Source of the DNA: Candidatus Iainarchaeum sp.
GTDB taxonomy: Archaea; Iainarchaeota; Iainarchaeia; Iainarchaeales; GCA-2688035
NCBI GenBank assembly: GCA_017610175.1
Contig: JAFCCO010000015.1
Span: 1 to 39,982 of the forward strand
Length of the DNA: 39,982 nt
Reading direction: 5' to 3'
A program made the position numbers and the translations under genes. Below are positions 34,947 to 39,982 of the stretch, piece after piece. Numbering within the stretch: position 1 is the stretch's first letter; every line of letters starts with the position of its first letter. The notes beneath the pieces were generated by a model that saw nothing but the letters and a program-made list of their open reading frames with translations, was not told the origin of the DNA and ran no database searches.

Positions 34947-35608
34947 TACCTTCCGCTTAGTCCTTCGTCAATTCTTATAAGCTCGTGCCCTGTTGTTTTT
35001 TTTCCCGCAAGGGCTGCGTTGCTGTTTGCGATTATTCCGTTTCCTATAAACTTGTCGCCGAAGTTTGCCGTTGCAGCGCTCCCTTCAACCCCGGTTTCCT
35101 TTTTTAGGAGCTTAAATTCCTTTTCGGAAGCCATGGGGTTTACTATAAACCCTTTGTTGGTCAGCACTACGCTGCTTCCAACAAGGTCGCTTTCTGCTAT
35201 TACGGTTTCAACACATTCAACATTCAGGGTTTTTTCTATTTCCTTCCTTGTTTTTTTTCCGATTACTTTTGAGCAGAATGCTTTTTTGTCGTTGCATTCC
35301 ACCAGGTTTCCAATTGCTGTTAGGCCTGGAAGTTTTTTTATCTTTAATCCTTTTGATTCCAGTGCTTCAACTTCACTTTCTTCAATAATTTCTGAAACAA
35401 TAAACCCTTTCGAGTTTCCTGCGGCCAGTACCCCGAGCAGGTTGCTGTTTGCAAGTTTTGTTGAAATCAATTCAACTTCAAACAATTTTTCCAACTGCTT
35501 TCTTTCCTTTGCTTCAAGAGAGGGTGGAAGCAGTGCAATTTTGTCTGTTATTACAGCAAATACGCCCACAAACGGGCTGCTTTTGACTGTTCCAAGTTCG
35601 ATGTTCAT
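34946..35608 (-). CDS. eif6: Translation initiation factor 6 (aIF6)
   Basis: SPFVGVF, LLGVLAAGNSKG, AIGNLV.CND, TANFG, TTGHEL. Confidence 0.95.
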   Translation of the reverse strand: MNIELGTVKSSPFVGVFAVITDKIALLPPSLEAKERKQLEKLFEVELISTKLANSNLLGVLAAGNSKGFIVSEIIEESEVEALESKGLKIKKLPGLTAIGNLVECNDKKAFCSKVIGKKTRKEIEKTLNVECVETVIAESDLVGSSVVLTNKGFIVNPMASEKEFKLLKKETGVEGSAATANFGDKFIGNGIIANSNAALAGKKTTGHELIRIDEGLSGR

Positions 35609-35613
35609 TTACT

Positions 35614-36063
35614 TCACTTGCCGCCTCTCTTTATCTGAGTCAGTTCCGCGGCTTTTTCTTTGGTTTTCTTGTCTTCCTTTTTCTTCTCGATCTCGGCTTT
35701 TTCTTCTTTGGTTTCCTCTGTTTTTTCCTCAGCCTTTGCCTCTTCTTTCTTTTTCTTCTTTGGCTGTGCGATTTTTTCGCCTTTGAGGTAAACTTTTGCC
35801 TTGTTGTCTTCCTTTACAACCTTGATCTCAATCTTTCGCGGAATGTGTTCCCTTCCCTTTGCCCAAATTGCTTCGTTGAGTGCGTTGGAGATTGAAACAT
35901 CATCTGCTTTAATGCGGAAGTGCTTGAAGATGAACTTTTTGATAAAGTTAATTGCCCTGTATGCCCTTTTTGGCTTTGGGTTTTTGAAGACTTTGCTAAG
36001 TGAGACTACAAATTCCTTTGCTTCCTCTTTCTTTTCCTGTTTTTTTTCCTTCTTTGCTGCCAT
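35614..36063 (-). CDS. rpl31e: 50S ribosomal protein eL31 with K/E-rich tail
   Basis: KRAYRAINFIKKFI.KH, ISNALNEAIWAKG..HIPRKI. Confidence 0.93.
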   Translation of the reverse strand: MAAKKEKKQEKKEEAKEFVVSLSKVFKNPKPKRAYRAINFIKKFIFKHFRIKADDVSISNALNEAIWAKGREHIPRKIEIKVVKEDNKAKVYLKGEKIAQPKKKKKEEAKAEEKTEETKEEKAEIEKKKEDKKTKEKAAELTQIKRGGK

Positions 36064-36075
36064 TGCTTACACCTT

Positions 36076-36267
36076 TTAGTCCTTTTTCCTTTTTCTGAAC
36101 TCGGCTCCAAGACTTGTGTTGCGCCAGTTCCTGTGCTGCTTGGGGTTCCAGATTCTTTTTCCGGCCTTTTGCATAACCCAAACAGGGGCGTTTGTAAGCC
36201 CTGGTCCGATTTTCTTTCTTGCTGAAATCAGGAATTGTTTCAATTCTGAGTCTTTGTTTGTTGCCAT
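36076..36267 (-). CDS. rpl39e: 50S ribosomal protein eL39 (divergent)
   Basis: NAPVWVMQK...NPKQHRNWRNTSL; operon position. Confidence 0.85.
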   Translation of the reverse strand: MATNKDSELKQFLISARKKIGPGLTNAPVWVMQKAGKRIWNPKQHRNWRNTSLGAEFRKRKKD

Positions 36268-36273
36268 AGTCAA

Positions 36274-36576
36274 TCACTTTCGCTTAATATTAATCTCCTT
36301 TTTTTCCTTGAATTTTTTGAGGATTTCCTTCAGTTGCGCATCATTCAATTGCCCCGGAATTTGGCCTGCGTTGTGCAGGTACACAATGGCTTGAACCGCT
36401 TTAAGGTGCATTTCGTGGTTCACAAGCTTGATGTTTCCAAGCCTTACCCTTGCTTTTTCCGTGAGAATTTTTTTGATGCTTGCTTCAACTTGCTTTTCAG
36501 CTTCAGATTGCCTCCTGTATGCCTCTTGCAGTTCCTCATATTTTCTTTGCTTAATCTCGTCAAGTTCGGTTGTCAT
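36274..36576 (-). CDS. PDCD5-like DNA-binding protein
   Basis: ELDEIKQRK..ELQ, ILTEKARVRLGNIKLV, LKEILK, INIKRK. Confidence 0.92.
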   Translation of the reverse strand: MTTELDEIKQRKYEELQEAYRRQSEAEKQVEASIKKILTEKARVRLGNIKLVNHEMHLKAVQAIVYLHNAGQIPGQLNDAQLKEILKKFKEKKEINIKRK

Positions 36577-37250
36577 TTCTTTTCCCCTGCAGGTTCCTTT
36601 GCTTCTGTTTTCTCCTTTGCAGGTTCTTTTTTCTCTTCTTTTGCAGGCACAGGGTTTTCTTTTGCAGCCTTTGCTTCCGGCTTGGCTTCTGCCTTTGGCT
36701 TTGCGGCTTCCTTTGCTTTTTCTGCAGGCTTTTCCTCTGGCTTGGCTTCAACTTTTGCTTCTGCCTTTGGCTTTGCGGCAGCTTTTGCCTTGCTTGCCCT
36801 GTCATCTATTGCTTTTGCGTCTGCTTTAACTTTTTCGCTAAATATTTTGTAGACTTCTTTGGCTTTTGCTATAAGGAAGCTTTGTCCTTTTCCTGAAAGG
36901 GCTCTTCCTGCTTTTTCCTTTTTCAAAAGCCCTTTTTTCTCAAGTTCCTGCAAGCATGTTCTAATCACTTTTCCGCTTGCTTTGCTGAAGTGGTGTGGCT
37001 TTACTCCGCGGTTTCTTTTTCCGCCGTAGTATGTCCTAAGCCTGTTTGTTCCAATTGTTCCGTCTTTGTAAGCCCTGTACAGAATGCTTGCCATTCTTAC
37101 ATAAAACCAGTCTCTTCTCTGCGGGGCCCTTTCCCTGTGGCTTCCGCTCTTTACAAATTCCGTCCATGCAGGTTCTTCTATTCCCTGCGTTTTCAAATCC
37201 TGTGCAATCGCTTCAATTAGCTCTGTTGCCGGTACGTCATATATTCCCAT
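36573..37250 (-). CDS. rps19e: 30S ribosomal protein eS19 with long K/A/E/P tail
   Basis: YDVPA..LI, PAWTEFVKSG..RERAP, WFYVR.ASI, YGG..NRG, SGKVIR..LQELE. Confidence 0.96.
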   Translation of the reverse strand: MGIYDVPATELIEAIAQDLKTQGIEEPAWTEFVKSGSHRERAPQRRDWFYVRMASILYRAYKDGTIGTNRLRTYYGGKRNRGVKPHHFSKASGKVIRTCLQELEKKGLLKKEKAGRALSGKGQSFLIAKAKEVYKIFSEKVKADAKAIDDRASKAKAAAKPKAEAKVEAKPEEKPAEKAKEAAKPKAEAKPEAKAAKENPVPAKEEKKEPAKEKTEAKEPAGEKK

Positions 37251-37258
37251 TTATTCAC

Positions 37259-37299
37259 ACTCCTTTCGGAGCACCTTCTTCGCTCAACCCGAAGGGAGC
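37259..37299 (-). promoter_or_regulatory. Two tetraloop hairpins in the 5' leader of the eS19 operon
   Basis: GCTCCC-TTCG-GGTTGAGC (cUUCGg loop) and GCTCC-GAAA-GGAGT (GNRA loop) overlapping the SD. Confidence 0.65.
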
Positions 37300-37358
37300 A
37301 AAAAAAAGTACTTTTTCAATAAACTAAATGCCCCTGAAAACCTTTAAAAAGTCTTGCC

Positions 37359-37823
37359 TTAGACCACTCTTCGCCTTTTGAGGGGTGTTCTCACCGGTTT
37401 TCCCCTTGCAAGCCTTTTTCTTACCCTTTTTGGCTTCAGGACTTTTTCGGCGTCAACCCAGCGGTTTCTCCTTGCATCGTAAAATCCGCCCGCAACCTTT
37501 GTTATTCCCTTATGCTTTGCAAAAATCAGGTTTTCGGCTTCCCTTGCAAGTGCGACCTCAAGCTTTTCAGCACCGGTTTCGCTTATATTGAACCTTTTGG
37601 GGTCGATTGTAATGCTTGCGTTGGAAATGCTTAGCATGTCCCCGCCTGAGACACTGTGCACGTCGTACTTGGCTCTTCCAAGCCGTGCCGGGACCTTTAA
37701 CTTTTCCATTTTCCCGCTTGCCCCAAGCCTTGCTGTTTCCACAAAATCTATTCCTGTTTTGCCAACCCTTACTTCCAGCGCATGGCCCTTTAACTCTATT
37801 GTAGCCTTTTCCACTTTTTTCAC
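37359..37823 (-). CDS. Hypothetical basic protein
   Basis: 154 aa, GTG start, R/K-rich C-terminus, co-oriented with neighbours. Confidence 0.65.
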   Translation of the reverse strand: MKKVEKATIELKGHALEVRVGKTGIDFVETARLGASGKMEKLKVPARLGRAKYDVHSVSGGDMLSISNASITIDPKRFNISETGAEKLEVALAREAENLIFAKHKGITKVAGGFYDARRNRWVDAEKVLKPKRVRKRLARGKPVRTPLKRRRVV

Positions 37824-37864
37824 CTGAAAATTAATGGTTTTGCAGCTTTTAATTCTTTTCCCGG

Positions 37865-38296
37865 TTAGATTTCAATCTTTCCAATTTGGATGTCTGCAAA
37901 CAGCTTGGCAAGGTTGGCGGTCATTTCTGCCGGAAGGGCTTTGGGCGCAAACCATGCCATTTCGGCGCATTTGTGGGGTTCCATGTTTTCAAGTTTCCCG
38001 CCCACAATTCTTACCTCGTAAACAGGGTTGAACCAGTGCTGCTTTTCCTCTTTGAGGATGTGGTCAACTATTTTCAGCAGCCTTACAATTTCAACTTCCA
38101 GGCCCGCTTCCTCCAGAACCTCTCGCTTTACTGCCTGTTCCTGGGTTTCCCCAAACTCAAGCTTTCCGCCTGGAAAGGTCCATTTTCCAGGCTCGTTTCC
38201 GCATTGTTCTGTTCTTTTCAAAAAAAGTATTTCCCCTTTCTCGTTGCGCACCATTGCGCCCACTCCAACCCCTACAAAGTCGGTTCCTGGTTTCAT
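37865..38296 (-). CDS. NUDIX hydrolase
   Basis: Nudix box PGGKLEFGET.EQAVKREVLEEAG; NMEPHKC. Confidence 0.93.
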   Translation of the reverse strand: MKPGTDFVGVGVGAMVRNEKGEILFLKRTEQCGNEPGKWTFPGGKLEFGETQEQAVKREVLEEAGLEVEIVRLLKIVDHILKEEKQHWFNPVYEVRIVGGKLENMEPHKCAEMAWFAPKALPAEMTANLAKLFADIQIGKIEI

Positions 38297-38598
38297 GCCT
38301 GTTTCCTCTTAAATTCTGCACCGCATTCAAGGCACTTTATTTCAACCCATTTTTCCGCTTTCCTGATTTCAGCGTTCTTTCCCTTTGAAAGGAATTTGCC
38401 GCATTTTTTGCAGAATTTTGTTTTTAAATCAGTGGGGATTACTGCGCGGTTTCTTGTTCCAATCTTTCGCGCAAGTTCAACATACCGGTTTGCCCTTGCA
38501 GAATTTCCTTTTGCAAACTCTTTTCCGGCCAATTCAAAGAGCCTGTACATCCTTTCGGTTGCGAGCGCCTTAATGCCTGCCTTGCTTTCCCTCTTCAC
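38293..38598 (-). CDS. rnp4: Ribonuclease P protein component 4 (Rpp21)
   Basis: A.ERM.RLF.LA, RYVELARKI, FCKKC, CLECG. Confidence 0.93.
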   Translation of the reverse strand: MKRESKAGIKALATERMYRLFELAGKEFAKGNSARANRYVELARKIGTRNRAVIPTDLKTKFCKKCGKFLSKGKNAEIRKAEKWVEIKCLECGAEFKRKQA

Positions 38599-38614
38599 TT
38601 TTTCACCTGGTGAG

Positions 38615-38686
38615 TGCGACCGCCGGGACTCGAACCCGAAACGAGACCTTGGAAGGGTCTTATGTTAGCCATTACACCACGGTCGC
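38615..38686 (-). tRNA. tRNA-Gly (TCC)
   Basis: GCGACCGTGGTGTAATGG...GACC-CTTCCAA-GGTC...GTTCGAGTCCC.GCGGTCGCA. Confidence 0.96.
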
Positions 38687-38761
38687 ATCTGTAATTAATT
38701 TATCGGACCGCAATTTTTTAAAGCCATCTCTTTTAACTTTTTTTTGCATTATTTTGCTTAT

Positions 38762-39400
38762 ATGGTTGGAAAGCTTATTGTTATTGAGGGGGCTGATGCT
38801 TCGGGAAAGCAAACCCAAAGCGACCTGCTTATTGAGCGCCTTGCGGCCGAGGGATTTGAGGCCGAAAAAATTTCTTTCCCCCGCTATGAAACCTTTTTCG
38901 GCGGGCTTGTTAAAAAATATTTGAGCGGCGAGTTTGGGGAAATGGACTCTGTTCCGGCAGAACTTGCCTCGCTTTTGTATGCGCTTGACCGGTACAATGC
39001 CGTTGCCGAACTCAATGAAAGGCTTGAAGCCGGCAAAATTGTGATTGCCGACCGTTTTTCCGCGAGCAACATCGCGCACCAGGCGGCAAAGTTGCCTGAA
39101 AAAGAGCGCTCTTCATTTGTTGACTGGCTTAGGGGGGTTGAGTCAAGGCTTCCAAAGTCAAAGGTCACAATTTACTTGGATGTGCCTGTTCCAATTTCCC
39201 AGGAGCTTATGCAGAAGCAGGCGCGCGTTAAGGATTTGCATGAGCAAAACGTTGATTACCTTGAGGCCGTTCGCTCTGTTTACCTGAAACTTGCCGAAAC
39301 CAAGGGCTGGAAAAAGATTGACTGCGTGAAAAAGGGGAATCTTCTTTCAATTGCGGAAATCCAGGAATTGGTTTGGAAAGCGGTAAAACCACACCTTTAA
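38762..39400 (+). CDS. tmk: Thymidylate kinase
   Basis: LIVIEGADASGKQTQ, FPRY, LLYALDR, IADRF. Confidence 0.93.
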   Translation: MVGKLIVIEGADASGKQTQSDLLIERLAAEGFEAEKISFPRYETFFGGLVKKYLSGEFGEMDSVPAELASLLYALDRYNAVAELNERLEAGKIVIADRFSASNIAHQAAKLPEKERSSFVDWLRGVESRLPKSKVTIYLDVPVPISQELMQKQARVKDLHEQNVDYLEAVRSVYLKLAETKGWKKIDCVKKGNLLSIAEIQELVWKAVKPHL

Positions 39401-39434
39401 ATATTACCTTTGGCTATTTGTTTACTGATTCAAC

Positions 39435-39982
39435 ATGGATCTTGACTATGGTGAAATAATCAAGTTTTCGTTTTCCTGGCTTAAAACCAGGGAGTCGCTG
39501 AAGTATGCGGCCATCAAGTGGGGTGTTTCAATTGCGTTCTCGGTTCTTTTTGTCGCAATCTTTCTGCTTGTGTTCGGCGGGCTTATTGCAGATGTTCTTT
39601 CAAATCCGGCGGCATTTATTTCAAGCATTACGATTAATCCGGAAACTTTTGTGGCTGGGTTGATTGGCTCAATAATTGTTATTTCACTCGCTTTTGCTGC
39701 TCTTGCTTTTGTTAATTTTTTTGTGGAGTTCTACATTTACGTGCTGTTTAACTTTTTTGCATTCAGGTCTGCAAAACTTCCGGTTGCGGAGTTTAACTTT
39801 AACCGTTTGCTCAAGCTTATTGTGCTGCAGGTTGCGGTTTCGTTCCTTGTAACCCTTTCGTGGCTGCACAAAAAGGCGTGGATTATTTTGCTTGCATTTG
39901 CTTTGTCTGCAGTCCTGTTGCTGCTTGGGATAGTGAGCCCAATTTTTGGAATTGCGGGCGCGCTTGTTGCGGGCGTTTCAAT
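39435..39982 (+). CDS. Multi-pass membrane protein, 3'-partial; absent from the ORF track
   Basis: ATG 39435: MDLDYGEIIKFSFSWLK... followed by several hydrophobic helices, apparently open to the window end. Confidence 0.75.
   Translation, partial: MDLDYGEIIKFSFSWLKTRESLKYAAIKWGVSIAFSVLFVAIFLLVFGGLIADVLSNPAAFISSITINPETFVAGLIGSIIVISLAFAALAFVNFFVEFYIYVLFNFFAFRSAKLPVAEFNFNRLLKLIVLQVAVSFLVTLSWLHKKAWIILLAFALSAVLLLLGIVSPIFGIAGALVAGVS

Noticed and set aside
33489-36896. Long + strand ORFs (33489-34379, 34794-35786, 36334-36852 etc.)
   Set aside because: F/S/L-rich antisense shadows of K/E-rich minus-strand housekeeping genes; the same applies to most other overlapping ORFs in the track.
1-39982. 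DGR template repeat, reverse transcriptase or Avd gene; CRISPR array; rRNA; transposase
   Set aside because: By eye I found no AAY-rich second copy of the VR, no YxDD-type RT ORF, no regularly spaced repeats and no transposase motifs. A short degenerate TR could have been missed.

Overview
Archaeal chromosomal window, most likely from a DPANN archaeon (Iainarchaeota/Diapherotrites-like is my inference from gene content). About 6.1-40 kb is mostly housekeeping: TFE, aTrm56, SerRS, class I LysRS, archaeal TPI, RadA, RPA, GGGP synthase, RtcA, SRP RNA, SRP54, FtsY, the Rpp21...eS19-PDCD5-eL39-eL31-aIF6-eL20-prefoldin-FtsY cluster, Tmk and 5 tRNAs. The notable parts are five. (1) At 1-1.9 kb, a secreted protein ends in an FGE/C-type-lectin-fold domain whose last ~37 codons look like a diversity-generating retroelement (DGR) variable repeat. 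No RT or template repeat (TR) is seen in the window. The downstream gene, with its own signal peptide, appears to carry the missing second halves of the domains in which the lectin is nested. (2) At 3.6-5.7 kb, an AT-rich island beside xerA has repeated and palindromic motifs, two winged-helix genes, a PRC-barrel gene and an apparent strand-composition flip, making it a candidate origin or control region. (3) A full-length bacterial-type RelA/SpoT homologue with a broken HD motif lies near an HPF-like gene and an H1-like protein. (4) SRP54 is split at the NG/M linker and the SRP RNA has a reduced helix 6. (5) A structured leader precedes the eS19 operon. All calls are by eye; no searches or computations were run.
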